Shown one piece after another: positions 27,937 to 36,638 of a stretch of 64,000 nt of DNA. This DNA is from a virus: IMG/VR virus record IMGVR_UViG_3300038412_000065, positions 15,004 through 79,003 of that record, one strand, 5' to 3'. The first letter of the stretch is position 1. The number at the start of each line of letters is the position of its first letter. The translations under genes were made by a program, and so were the position numbers. Below the pieces are notes generated by a model. That model saw nothing but the letters and a program-made list of their open reading frames with translations, was not told the origin of the DNA and searched no databases.

Positions 27937-29441
27937 CTGTAGTAGCGGGAACGCTCGGCCTGGGTTGCTGCGTCCGTCTTGTCACGGGCGGCGAACCAGG
28001 CATCGGTAAATGGTTCTGGTGGATCTGGCTTCTTCACTTCGGGCGGTCGAGCGTCCGCCATGAGATCCATGGCGCGACCAAGAAGGCCGCACACGTCCAC
28101 CTTGTCGTCGTGCTTGCCGGCGGGAAACGCGCACAGCTGGAGCACCAGTTCTTCGGCCCAACGTTTTCCGCGCGGCAGATGGATGGCGCCGCCCTGGGCG
28201 CGCGCGCGGAAACTGGCGACGCGGGCGATCTTGTCGCCGGTGGTGGGCAGGTATGTCATCGTCACCCAGCGCCCTGAGTCCCGCATGGCACGGTTGGTGG
28301 CTGGGCCGATGGCCTTCTCGATCACACCCTTTTCGCCGTACCACTCCAGCACCTTGTGCTGACTGGCCAGCGAAAGCTTCTCCTCGATCGTGACGTCAGG
28401 GGCCTCTTGGCCACTCCACCAGTCGAGCATCCACAACTCGCCTTGCTGGTCGATGCCGGCGACGCCATGCTCCGTCCAGTCACCGCCCTTGACGGTCACC
28501 GCGTAGTCGCTGGCGCCGTATCGGTTGAGTTGCGCGGGCAGCTCCTCGGGGTCGTACCAGCTGAACCAGCCGCGCTCGAACTGGCCGCCGGTGTCGGGCA
28601 CGGGCTGCTGCTGATAGAGCGCGGACCAATCACGCGGACCGATGGCGGCCTTGATGCTTTCCAGCTCGAGCGATGGATACCACTCCGGCCACAACGGCGC
28701 GCCAAGCGGGCGTCCCATCACGTCGTCCGCCTCCGCCACAGCCGGCAGCGTCACCACATCCCACTGCTCGCCACCCTGCTCCATCGCCTTGAGCAAGCGC
28801 CCAGCCAGATCGTCCTCATGCCAGCGCGTCAACACCAGCACGATCGCACCGCCGGGCATCAGGCGTGTGCGCAGCGTCGAGGTGTACCAGCGCCAGACGC
28901 CCTCGCGGATCGTCTCGCTGTCGGCGTCCTGTCGATTCTTGATCGGATCGTCGATCAGTGCGACGTGCGCGCCGCGGCCAGTGATCGGGCCGCCAACGCC
29001 GACTGCCACATACACGCCATGCTGGTTCGTGTGCCAGCGGCCGGCAGCAGCTGATTCGTCGGACACGCGCACGCCAGGGAACAGCCGCGCGTATTCCTCG
29101 CTGCCGACAATGCCGCGGACCTCGCGCCCAAAGTCCTGCGCGAACTCGCCCGAGTAGGTGGATGTGATCACCTGTCGGTCAGGGTGCCGGCCGAGATACC
29201 ACGCAGGGAAGCGTCGGCTGGCCAGCTCCGACTTTGTGTGCCGCGGCGGCGCGAAGATCATCAGGCGCCGGCATTCGCCACGCTCGACCGCCTCCAGCTT
29301 GTCGGCGATCAGGCGATGGTGCGCGCCGTCCTGGAAGTCTGGCTTGGTGTAGCGCGTGAAGCCGATCAGCGAATCCCGGCCGCGGCGCCTTGCCAGCAAT
29401 TCGCGCGCGGCGTCGGCTACTGTGAGGCCGCCATCAGCCAC
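27933..29441 (-). CDS. terL: terminase large subunit
   Basis: LMIFAPPRHTKS, ITGRGA..LIDDPIK, TRWHEDDLAG, FPAGKHDDKVD. Confidence 0.95.
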   Translation of the reverse strand: MADGGLTVADAARELLARRRGRDSLIGFTRYTKPDFQDGAHHRLIADKLEAVERGECRRLMIFAPPRHTKSELASRRFPAWYLGRHPDRQVITSTYSGEFAQDFGREVRGIVGSEEYARLFPGVRVSDESAAAGRWHTNQHGVYVAVGVGGPITGRGAHVALIDDPIKNRQDADSETIREGVWRWYTSTLRTRLMPGGAIVLVLTRWHEDDLAGRLLKAMEQGGEQWDVVTLPAVAEADDVMGRPLGAPLWPEWYPSLELESIKAAIGPRDWSALYQQQPVPDTGGQFERGWFSWYDPEELPAQLNRYGASDYAVTVKGGDWTEHGVAGIDQQGELWMLDWWSGQEAPDVTIEEKLSLASQHKVLEWYGEKGVIEKAIGPATNRAMRDSGRWVTMTYLPTTGDKIARVASFRARAQGGAIHLPRGKRWAEELVLQLCAFPAGKHDDKVDVCGLLGRAMDLMADARPPEVKKPDPPEPFTDAWFAARDKTDAATQAERSRYYR

Positions 29442-29877
29442 CGTCCTTCCCCTTCGCTTCACGCGCAAGGATCGCCAGCAGCTGCTCGTCGCTCAGTTGG
29501 TGCGCCGGCAGTTTGTTGCCGTCAGCATCAGCCAGCTGCACCTTGTCCCCGTAGCGGCGCGGATCCCACTTCGCCAGGAGCTTGTGGTCGGTATCAATGA
29601 TCAGCTTGTCGCGCGCGACGTCGCCGGTTGAATCTCCGCCATCAGCCTCACCCTTCCCGCGTGCCGTTCGGCGCGAGCGCTGCGCAATCGCGTCATAACC
29701 CAGGTCGCGCGCCTCGTCGAACTGCGCCGCTATCTCGGGGTCATGCGCGCGCCAGTCGTTGACCGTGCGCACCTTGAGATCAAGATCGCGCAGGATGACG
29801 GTGTGCGGCTCGCCGGTGGCCAGCCTCGCGCAGATGATCGGCACCAGTGTTGCGCGGTCGAATTGCTGCTTGGCCAT
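29434..29877 (-). CDS. terS: terminase small subunit (Sf6 gp1-like)
   Basis: ICARLATGE, VARDKL..D..LAKWDPRRYGDKV. Confidence 0.85.
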   Translation of the reverse strand: MAKQQFDRATLVPIICARLATGEPHTVILRDLDLKVRTVNDWRAHDPEIAAQFDEARDLGYDAIAQRSRRTARGKGEADGGDSTGDVARDKLIIDTDHKLLAKWDPRRYGDKVQLADADGNKLPAHQLSDEQLLAILAREAKGKDGG

Positions 29878-29880
29878 GGC

Positions 29881-30120
29881 TCAGCCCTCGGCAGCAGCTG
29901 GATCCACCGCCGCCAGCCGCCGCAGTCCGGCCGCCGTCATGGCGTAGCGGTCGCCAGCTTCGCCTTCGCCGCGCTTGACGTAGCCCAGGCTCTCGCAACC
30001 ATCGAGCAGCGCCGATCCACCAGGCGCATGTTCGCGGCGGAACTCGTCGCGGTGGACACTCAGCTCGCCCGCGACGTAGCGCAAGCCGGCGGTGATGCGG
30101 TCGGATTCTCGGAAGCCCAT
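29881..30120 (-). CDS. small hypothetical protein, first gene of the packaging operon
   Basis: ATG 7 nt after promoter motif copy 3; winged-helix-like ending (YAMTAAGL). Confidence 0.55.
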   Translation of the reverse strand: MGFRESDRITAGLRYVAGELSVHRDEFRREHAPGGSALLDGCESLGYVKRGEGEAGDRYAMTAAGLRRLAAVDPAAAEG

Positions 30121-30127
30121 GCACGCG

Positions 30128-30158
30128 ACAGTGCAGGAACCGGGCAAGGCGTCAACGG
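30128..30158 (-). promoter_or_regulatory. putative late promoter motif, copy 3
   Basis: CCGTTGACGCCTTgcccggttcctGCACTGT at the early/late boundary. Confidence 0.7.
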
Positions 30159-30499
30159 ATGGTCAACATCTCGCGCAGATCGTCACCCAAGCTCTGCAGG
30201 TCAGGCATGCCGCCATAACACCCCACCCATTCGGCCGTCAGAGTCACAGCCCAGCGATGAGCCATGCTCGACTCCTCGCTCAGCACGTAGACCTGGCCGT
30301 CTCGCACGAACACGTAGCAGCAGCAGCCGCGCGATCGGGCCACACTGGACACATGGGCCTGAACACGCTGTGCGATCAGCTCGATCGATGACGCTGAGAG
30401 CTGCGCGATGGGTCGCGGCTGCCGGCGCTGATGGAACGGCACACCGGCGGTCTTGCCGCGCGGAACGCCGACAGCTCGGATGCGCTCAGTCGCCATCAT
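30152..30499 (-). CDS. hypothetical protein, apparent paralogue of 31832-32164
   Basis: Shared DGQ(V/I), W(V/I/-)G.Y, S(L/I)G(D/N)DLR pattern. Confidence 0.55.
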   Translation of the reverse strand: MMATERIRAVGVPRGKTAGVPFHQRRQPRPIAQLSASSIELIAQRVQAHVSSVARSRGCCCYVFVRDGQVYVLSEESSMAHRWAVTLTAEWVGCYGGMPDLQSLGDDLREMLTIR

Positions 30500-30640
30500 C
30501 CTCTACCTCGCGCTGCAGGCAGTAGTGCGGCTGCTCCGGATACCGCGACACCTTGCGCGGCTCGCAGAACCCAAGCCCGGCCGGCGGATTGATGTCGTCG
30601 CGACGGTAGTGGATGCAGTCGGCGCAGGTGACGGGCTCGC

Positions 30641-30853
30641 TCATGCCCGCACCCAGTGATGCGCCAGAAACTCCCCACCCTTCCGCCGCACGATCTTCCG
30701 CACCAGGCCGCGTCGCTGCATGGCCTTGAGCGCCGACTCGCAGCCGGTGAACGTCGTGCCGGCGCGCTCGGCCAGCGTGTAGGCGTCGATGGGCTCCGCC
30801 AGGTGCGGCAGGAGCTTCGTGGCGATGGTTTCGCGGGGCTTGCGGGCGGTCAT
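30641..30853 (-). CDS. small winged-HTH protein
   Basis: TLAERAG....ESALKAMQRRGLV. Confidence 0.6.
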   Translation of the reverse strand: MTARKPRETIATKLLPHLAEPIDAYTLAERAGTTFTGCESALKAMQRRGLVRKIVRRKGGEFLAHHWVRA

Positions 30854-31347
30854 ACGGCTGGCCTCATGAAGCAGAACCAGTGCGTTCCGCTACGCTTCGC
30901 AGACGGGTGCCCGAACAATGGTTTGTGGGGCGTCAGCGCAAGAACGTCGCGAGTTGCGATCTGCACTTCTGACCACTTGAAAATCAGGACGCCCTCGGGC
31001 TTGAGTACGCGGAAGCATTCGGCAAAGCCGACGCGCAAATCTTCGCGCCAATCACCGCCGAGCTTCCCGTACTTCCCAGCAAGCCAGCTCTTCGGGCCGG
31101 CGCGGACAAGGTGAGGTGGATCGAACGCGACGAGGGCGAACGACTCATTCGCGAACGGCAGTGCACGGAAGTCCATGCGCGCATCCGGACGAATCGACAG
31201 CGCGCGGGTTCCGTCGGTGCGATGCGTGCGGTCCGTTACGACTATGATTTCATCGCGCTGATCGCCGAACAGGCACCGCTGATCGTCGCGATCAAACCAC
31301 ATCATGCGCATGCCGCAGCAGGGATCGAGAACGGGTTTCCCGTCCAT
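30850..31347 (-). CDS. SAM-dependent methyltransferase (phage DNA amino-MTase-like)
   Basis: VLDPCCG..MMWFD, FDPPH, ECFRVLKPEGVLIFKW. Confidence 0.85.
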   Translation of the reverse strand: MDGKPVLDPCCGMRMMWFDRDDQRCLFGDQRDEIIVVTDRTHRTDGTRALSIRPDARMDFRALPFANESFALVAFDPPHLVRAGPKSWLAGKYGKLGGDWREDLRVGFAECFRVLKPEGVLIFKWSEVQIATRDVLALTPHKPLFGHPSAKRSGTHWFCFMRPAV

Positions 31348-31835
31348 CAGAACAACCCTGGCGCGATCGCTTCGCGCACGATCGGGCTGATCGTCACGAC
31401 GACGCGGGCGCCGTGCTCGTCGGGCTCGCAACGTTCCGCGTCGATGCGGCGCACCCACGAGTCATCCTCGAACGCGATGTTTTTCAGAGCGTCGAGCAGC
31501 ACCTTGAGCGCATTGTCCAGGTCGATGCTGCGCACGGTGTCGTCCCATCCGTCGGGGTCTTTCGCCGCACGCTTCGCCCAGTCGAGCGGCCGGCCCGGGT
31601 ACATGCGCACGGTCAGCGCGACGCGGCCGCGTGTGATGTGCACGCCAGCCTTGCGGGCAAGCATCGCGACTTCGTGCCGGTACGCCTTCGCCTCGCTCGT
31701 GGGAACGATCGTGATGTGCTTGCCGATGTTCACCGGACGCCAGTACTTGTTCGCCGACAGCGCAGGCGGCAGCACCAGCGTGACCGGGCTGGCGACGACT
31801 CGCGCGGGCGCGATGCTGGCGGGATTGGCGTTCAA
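31347..31835 (-). CDS. rusA: RusA-family Holliday junction resolvase
   Basis: SANKYWR, DLDNALKVLLDAL..AFEDDS.V. Confidence 0.88.
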   Translation of the reverse strand: MNANPASIAPARVVASPVTLVLPPALSANKYWRPVNIGKHITIVPTSEAKAYRHEVAMLARKAGVHITRGRVALTVRMYPGRPLDWAKRAAKDPDGWDDTVRSIDLDNALKVLLDALKNIAFEDDSWVRRIDAERCEPDEHGARVVVTISPIVREAIAPGLF

Positions 31836-32164
31836 GCGGCCGCCCTCCTCAACTCCGCCGCCCTCACCCGCAGATCGTTTCCGATCGACCAGCCGCTGAG
31901 CTCCCGCGTGTACACCCCGACGATCCAGTGCGGGTATTGCGCGGTGATCGCTTGCGCCCGCAGCCCGTTCGCGTCGACCGCGAAGATCTGGCCGTCGTCG
32001 CTGATTGCCACCAGTAGCTCAGGCTCACCTTCAAGCAGCGCGGCAATCACGCGCGAGGCGGTGCCGCTGCCTTGGCCGCGACCGGAGACGTTGCCGACAG
32101 GCAGGCTCTCGTCGCGCTTGCGGCGGTAGACGGTGCCGCCGCGGTGAGTTGGTATCCGGGTCAT
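31832..32164 (-). CDS. hypothetical protein
   Basis: Coupled by 4-nt overlaps on both sides. Confidence 0.6.
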   Translation of the reverse strand: MTRIPTHRGGTVYRRKRDESLPVGNVSGRGQGSGTASRVIAALLEGEPELLVAISDDGQIFAVDANGLRAQAITAQYPHWIVGVYTRELSGWSIGNDLRVRAAELRRAAA

Positions 32165-32364
32165 GGGGTGGCCTTGTGTGGCTGACGAAATTCACGACGC
32201 GCCTCGACCAGCTTTGCGTGCCACCAGCACGCGGCAGACTTGCGTAGACCGTGGCGGGCTTGAAGATCGCGGATGGACGGCATGGGACCAGCAAGGTGCA
32301 GCCCGATGCTTGCGCGCTGGATCTGGCGGGGCATGGCGATGCGCAGGATGGCTTCGGGCTTCAT
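32161..32364 (-). CDS. small HTH-like hypothetical protein
   Basis: PSIRDLQARHGLRKSAA; ATGA overlaps. Confidence 0.5.
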   Translation of the reverse strand: MKPEAILRIAMPRQIQRASIGLHLAGPMPSIRDLQARHGLRKSAACWWHAKLVEARREFRQPHKATP

Positions 32365-32726
32365 GCCGCACCCTCCCGATCCCAGCCCATGCGCTCGGCG
32401 ATGTCGCTCAGCGCCTCCAGGCCTCGTCGTCGGTTGTCGTCACTGTCGATCCTCGCGATCGGCGGCGGTCCCGGGAGTGCCGGCATCGCGTCGAGCAGTT
32501 CGCGTGGCGTCGGCCAGCGCGTGCAGTTGGCCATCAGCCGCCTGAAGCCCTCGCGCAGTCGCGGCGTGTCGCGCTCCTCGACGAGCTTCCTGCCGGCAGT
32601 GATGGCCTCAACCCAAGCTGGCAACGTGCCGCGGCTCAGCACGTCGTAGGCCGGGGCGTGGTCAAGATTCAGCAGCACCAGCTTTTGCAATCCGCTGCTG
32701 ATTTCCCGGGTTATCCAGTCCTGCAT
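32361..32726 (-). CDS. hypothetical protein in the P-gene position after the initiator
   Basis: GLQKL..L.L..AP, RWPTPRELL. Confidence 0.6.
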   Translation of the reverse strand: MQDWITREISSGLQKLVLLNLDHAPAYDVLSRGTLPAWVEAITAGRKLVEERDTPRLREGFRRLMANCTRWPTPRELLDAMPALPGPPPIARIDSDDNRRRGLEALSDIAERMGWDREGAA

Positions 32727-33615
32727 TTTTCGCGTCCTCGAGTTCTTGGAGCACTTGCATCGTTGCACTGATCCGCGGTGTGCCGTTGGTGCGCGGCGGT
32801 CCGGGGCCGATCTTCTTCGAGCCTTCGGCGTGGCGTGCCCTGGCCGTCGTGATGGCCCAGGCGAACGGGTTCGTTGCGTCGGGCTTCTCGCCGTAGGTGT
32901 CGCGGATGGCTTCGGGCGTCACACCTTCGGCGATGGCGTCGAGCAGGTCGGGGTGGCTTGGGTTGACCCTGGCGCAGCCGGCCTGGCGGAGCAGGAGGCA
33001 CGCGCGCCCTGCATTGGCGATGATCACCGGTCGCGTGGGAGGGTCTGGCGAGAAAGGCGCGTGCGGAGAAGGCTCTTGCTCTTGATACTGGTGTCTGGTG
33101 TCTGGTGTCTGGTTAGCCGTTGCAGTACGCGTGACAGGTACCCCTATGTCACGCGTGACAGGTGCGTTACTTGTGCGACTTGTCACGCGTGACAGCATGC
33201 TTTCAAGGTCGGCCGTTGATGTGTCGTACTTGGGTACGATGTCGTGCTCGCGAAGCTCCGAAAACAACTCCTTACGGCGCTGTCGGTGGCGCTTCTGGCG
33301 CTCCGCCTCGTTCTCACGCTTAGCCGCCGCCTCTTCCTGACCCTCACGGTATTTCGCAATCTCTTCGTCACAGCGCTTGTGGTGCCAGCCGTCATCAGCC
33401 TGTTCGAAGAACTCCTCAAGCACAGACTCGACTGCCGCCTTTTCATCGCGCGAGCGTGCGCGGACACGGCGCTGAATCCCCTTCATGTCCTGCGGCAACG
33501 GCCCTTCCATGTCGTAGTACCACCGGATCAGCCGGCCGTAGATGCCGTCTTCGCACGCGGTTAGGTGCGCAGTCGCCTTGTCGTAATCACCGATGTGCAG
33601 CTCGACGTAGTTCAC
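32662..33615 (-). CDS. replication initiator (YdaU/DUF1376 family)
   Basis: MNYVELHIGDY..TAHL..EDGIY.RL..YY, WHHKRCDEEI; contains internal repeats. Confidence 0.88.
   Translation of the reverse strand: MNYVELHIGDYDKATAHLTACEDGIYGRLIRWYYDMEGPLPQDMKGIQRRVRARSRDEKAAVESVLEEFFEQADDGWHHKRCDEEIAKYREGQEEAAAKRENEAERQKRHRQRRKELFSELREHDIVPKYDTSTADLESMLSRVTSRTSNAPVTRDIGVPVTRTATANQTPDTRHQYQEQEPSPHAPFSPDPPTRPVIIANAGRACLLLRQAGCARVNPSHPDLLDAIAEGVTPEAIRDTYGEKPDATNPFAWAITTARARHAEGSKKIGPGPPRTNGTPRISATMQVLQELEDAKNAGLDNPGNQQRIAKAGAAES
33088..33196. repeat. probable replication origin iterons inside the initiator gene
   Basis: (CTGGTGT)x3; palindrome TGTCACGCGTGACA at 33147 and 33181; partial copy ACGCGTGACAGG at 33127. 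Confidence 0.65.
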
Positions 33616-33846
33616 GCAACGTCACCCTGCCCCGCATCAAACCGGAACTCCCGCAGCGCTAGCCACGTCCTCAGCCAGATCGCGCGCTCGATGATGTTGA
33701 GGGTCGGCGGCATCACCACGACCTCCGGATAACCGCGACCTTTCCGCTGCATTCGGCGGCGATGCGCCGGGCCTCGGATCGACTCTTGCAGACCAGCACC
33801 AGCTCGTCGGTGGTGGGGTCGTACACGCACCAGGCGATGACTTCAC

Positions 33847-34068
33847 TCATGACTGCCCGTCCAGGTTCGGGTTGTGGTGGTGGTAGTCGCGCTCCGCCTG
33901 CTCGTACAGCGCACGGGCCTTGGCCTGCTCCTTGCGGACACGCTCCTGCGTGTTGAGGTAGTAGCGCTGCTCGGCGATCGCGTGGCGCGTGGCGTCGGAA
34001 ATCGCGCGGTCCGTGTCGGTCAGCTCGAACGGGATGGGGTCGTTTTCGCCGCGGTCGATGATGTTCAT
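33847..34068 (-). CDS. hypothetical protein
   Basis: ATGA overlap with upstream gene. Confidence 0.55.
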   Translation of the reverse strand: MNIIDRGENDPIPFELTDTDRAISDATRHAIAEQRYYLNTQERVRKEQAKARALYEQAERDYHHHNPNLDGQS

Positions 34069-34493
34069 CCGACCTGCCCCCGCATCAACTCGCGAATCGT
34101 CCTGCGCTCGATTTGCCGTTCACGCTCAAGCTCTGACATCCGGTCTTTCAGCTCGCGGTTCTCGCGCTCTACATCGGACTCGATCCGGCGCAGCGAACGC
34201 GGGTCATACCCACGTTTGAGCAGCAACCAGAACAGTGGCGCCTCGTTTCCGCAGCGAGTCATCAGCTTGTCGAGTTGTTCGCCGCTGGGTGCGTTCTGGC
34301 CGGTTTTGAAGCGCGACCACACGGCGTTGTCGACACCCACATCCGCTGCAATGATCTTGTCGTGCAGGCCGCTTTTGTTTGCGCAAAGCGATAGCGCCGC
34401 CGACCATGAGGGCTGCCGCTGGATCTCGTTCAGATCGATGTGCACGGGGTCGCCGGCAACGCGTAGATCCAGCGTGAAATCAACGTCGGTCAT
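34065..34493 (-). CDS. CII-position HTH regulator
   Basis: DKIIAADVGVDNAVWSRFKTG HTH; C-terminal coiled coil; follows cro. Confidence 0.65.
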   Translation of the reverse strand: MTDVDFTLDLRVAGDPVHIDLNEIQRQPSWSAALSLCANKSGLHDKIIAADVGVDNAVWSRFKTGQNAPSGEQLDKLMTRCGNEAPLFWLLLKRGYDPRSLRRIESDVERENRELKDRMSELERERQIERRTIRELMRGQVG

Positions 34494-34566
34494 GATCGTT
34501 GACTCGCGTTGCTCAACGGATCAGGCGTAAAAAAAAGCCATGAAACGTGATGCGTATCTGAGTTCA

Positions 34567-34800
34567 TCAAGCCACCTGCTCGGCAGCCGGCGTGGGCTCG
34601 CCAAAAACATCGGGCCTCAGCTCCTGGCGCGTGACAGCGCCATCCGTGGCTTGTTCGATGGCAATGCAGCGTTCGGCAGGGACGCGTGGATTCGACCCGC
34701 GCGTTTTCCAATTACTCACCACCGATTGACGTACGCCGAGTTTTTCGGCGAGGGCGGTCACACCCCCGGCGAGAAAAATTGCTTTGTCGAGTGCGTTCAT
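34567..34800 (-). CDS. cro: Cro-like regulator (YdaS family)
   Basis: GGVTALAEKLGVRQSVVSNW..IEQATDGAVTRQELRPDVF. Confidence 0.9.
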   Translation of the reverse strand: MNALDKAIFLAGGVTALAEKLGVRQSVVSNWKTRGSNPRVPAERCIAIEQATDGAVTRQELRPDVFGEPTPAAEQVA

Positions 34801-34806
34801 AGGGAC

Positions 34807-34850
34807 GCATCATCACGCTTTGTGTTTCTGACGTCAACACCAACCGTGTT
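34807..34850 (-). promoter_or_regulatory. OR/PR-like region with two operators
   Basis: ATCAC-N5-GTGTT (34812-34826) and AACAC-N5-GTGTT (34836-34850); minus strand TTGACG-N17-GATGAT before cro. Confidence 0.8.
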
Positions 34851-34883
34851 AGACGGGAAAACGCTGCAGTGGATCAATGCAGC

Positions 34884-35396
34884 ATGACTTTTGCGCAGAC
34901 CCTAAAGAAGCTTCGGACCGACGCTGGACTGACCCAGGAACAACTGGCGCACGCCTGTGGCTACTCCGGGCAGAGCCGCATCGGCAACTATGAATCCAGT
35001 CAACCCAAAGCCAGGCAGCCAAAACCGGATGAACTGCCCGTAATAGCCAAGGCTCTCGGGGTATCGGTGGGGCAGCTGTTTGGGGAATCGCAGACGCTGC
35101 GACTCGACCCCGTGATGCTCGCCGAAACGCATCGCGTGCTACGCGAGCTGTACCACGAACGCTGTCAGGTCTACTCGCTTGAGGATCCGATCGCCGCGGT
35201 TTGGTTTGTGCAGCTCTATGCGATGCGAGCCGCCATGTCGGCCCAGCCGTCACAGGATGAATGGGTTCAGTTCGGGCGGAAACTCGCAACAATCACGACG
35301 CCACAGGGGGCTGGGGATGGACGAAGCGATGGTGTGCCGGTTGAAGGCACTGGCACGAAGCGCGTGGCCGGCGGAGTTCGCAGGCGTAAAGCCTAA
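34884..35396 (+). CDS. CI-like XRE repressor without a recognisable S24 peptidase domain
   Basis: LKKLRTDAGLTQEQLA..SRIGNYE..IAKALGVSV; divergent from cro. Confidence 0.85.
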   Translation: MTFAQTLKKLRTDAGLTQEQLAHACGYSGQSRIGNYESSQPKARQPKPDELPVIAKALGVSVGQLFGESQTLRLDPVMLAETHRVLRELYHERCQVYSLEDPIAAVWFVQLYAMRAAMSAQPSQDEWVQFGRKLATITTPQGAGDGRSDGVPVEGTGTKRVAGGVRRRKA

Positions 35397-35505
35397 CTTG
35401 CGCCTGGTGCGCCCAGCGCCCAGCAAGGAAATGACGGACGCCGAGCGTTACTGGGGTCGACCGGATCGCTACAACCCGCGCGAGTTCAGGCGCAAGTACG
35501 GGTGA
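35317..35505 (+). CDS. small hypothetical protein overlapping the repressor 3' end
   Basis: 62-aa ORF with GGGG upstream. Confidence 0.4.
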   Translation: MDEAMVCRLKALARSAWPAEFAGVKPNLRLVRPAPSKEMTDAERYWGRPDRYNPREFRRKYG

Positions 35506-35532
35506 TGGGGCTCCAACGAGAGGGGAGAAATC

Positions 35533-35811
35533 ATGAAGAAATTAGCTTTGATCGTTGCGTCCTGCATGCTGGCGCTGGCGTCATTCTCGGCGCTCGCATG
35601 GGACGGCACAGACGAGAACGGCAACACCGTGACGATCGATAGCGGCAACCTGGTCCGCGTCGGCCTGAGCATCACCTATCACAACGACGCCGACGGCAAC
35701 GATCACGACGCCACTATTGACGCGATCTACCAGTCCGGCGGTTACGTTCAAATCGAGTTGACCGACGACGACACGGGGTACAGCCACACACTAACCATGG
35801 AGCGTACATGA
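35533..35811 (+). CDS. secreted small protein (DUF5334-like), moron
   Basis: Signal peptide MKK..ALA then WDGTD..G..V.I..GNLVR.G. Confidence 0.75.
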   Translation: MKKLALIVASCMLALASFSALAWDGTDENGNTVTIDSGNLVRVGLSITYHNDADGNDHDATIDAIYQSGGYVQIELTDDDTGYSHTLTMERT

Positions 35812-36092
35812 AGAAGATCATCGTAACGATCGCCGCACTACTGCTTTGCTCAACAGCACTCGCGCTGCCCAGATCCAAGGGCTACAGCGCCCCGAAATAC
35901 AAGGCGCCACGATCCGCACCAGTCCATGTCAGTGGCCACGTCACTAGGAGCGGCACGTACGTGGCACCCAGCTACCGCACGGCACCGAACCACACCAAGA
36001 CCGACAATTGGTCGAGCAAGCCGAACGTCAACCCGTACACAGGCAAACAAGGGACGAGGAATCCATACGCCACCCCCGCCCCAGGCCACTGA
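35808..36092 (+). CDS. secreted small basic protein, moron
   Basis: Signal peptide; HVSGHVTRSGTYVAP.YRTAPN..DNWS..NVNPYTGK.GT. Confidence 0.75.
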   Translation: MKKIIVTIAALLLCSTALALPRSKGYSAPKYKAPRSAPVHVSGHVTRSGTYVAPSYRTAPNHTKTDNWSSKPNVNPYTGKQGTRNPYATPAPGH

Positions 36093-36113
36093 CCCAGCGC
36101 AAAGCAGCGAACC

Positions 36114-36137
36114 AAGCCCGCTCCGGCGGGCTTTTTT
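36114..36137 (+). terminator. intrinsic terminator ending the immunity transcript
   Basis: AAGCCCGC-tccg-GCGGGCTT-TTTT. Confidence 0.85.
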
Positions 36138-36154
36138 ATGGGCGCTGAAAATAA

Positions 36155-36197
36155 AACACAATTTGTGTTGACAAGATAAAACACGTTATGTGATGCT
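36155..36197 (+). promoter_or_regulatory. OL/PL-like region with two operators
   Basis: AACAC-N5-GTGTT (36155-36169) and AACAC-N5-GTGAT (36180-36194); TTGACA at 36168 then TGATGCT. Confidence 0.8.
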
Positions 36198-36230
36198 CTC
36201 CCTGCGCCATCACCGGCCAGGGAGACCGCC

Positions 36231-36437
36231 ATGCAATCGCCGCTCTACAGCTCGCAAGCCATCCACCTCACACCCCACACCTGTGTCGACGTGCACGCAG
36301 ACGCCAATGTGGTCGTGCTTGGCATGGTGGGTGATCGCATCCATAGCGACATTCACTGCACCCCCGAGCAGGCCATTGAGCTCGCCGACGCGCTGACCGA
36401 AGGCGCGGCCCGTTGCCTCGCGGCAAGGGAGGGCTGA
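36231..36437 (+). CDS. hypothetical early protein
   Basis: GGAG RBS; first gene after PL. Confidence 0.6.
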   Translation: MQSPLYSSQAIHLTPHTCVDVHADANVVVLGMVGDRIHSDIHCTPEQAIELADALTEGAARCLAAREG

Positions 36438-36440
36438 GCC

Positions 36441-36638
36441 ATGTACACCAGCACCTCCGCGCACAGCGACCAGCCGATCAAGGCGTGGCGCCACGCATCC
36501 GATCCGGGTTCGATCTGGTTCGGTAATCCGGGCCAGAGCTACGTCAGCTTGTCGCTGATCGAGGCCCAGCGCCTGATCACCGAACTGCAGCGCGAGCTGG
36601 CGGCGGTCGAGGCGAAGGCGCGGAGTGCGGCCGCATGA
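36441..36638 (+). CDS. hypothetical early protein
   Basis: GGAGG RBS; coupled to next gene. Confidence 0.6.
   Translation: MYTSTSAHSDQPIKAWRHASDPGSIWFGNPGQSYVSLSLIEAQRLITELQRELAAVEAKARSAAA

Noticed and set aside
22726..27942. Long plus-strand ORFs (956 aa, 735 aa; likewise 8639-10858 and 54631-56367)
   Set aside because: Antisense shadows of capsid, portal and other real genes in GC-rich DNA; no motifs
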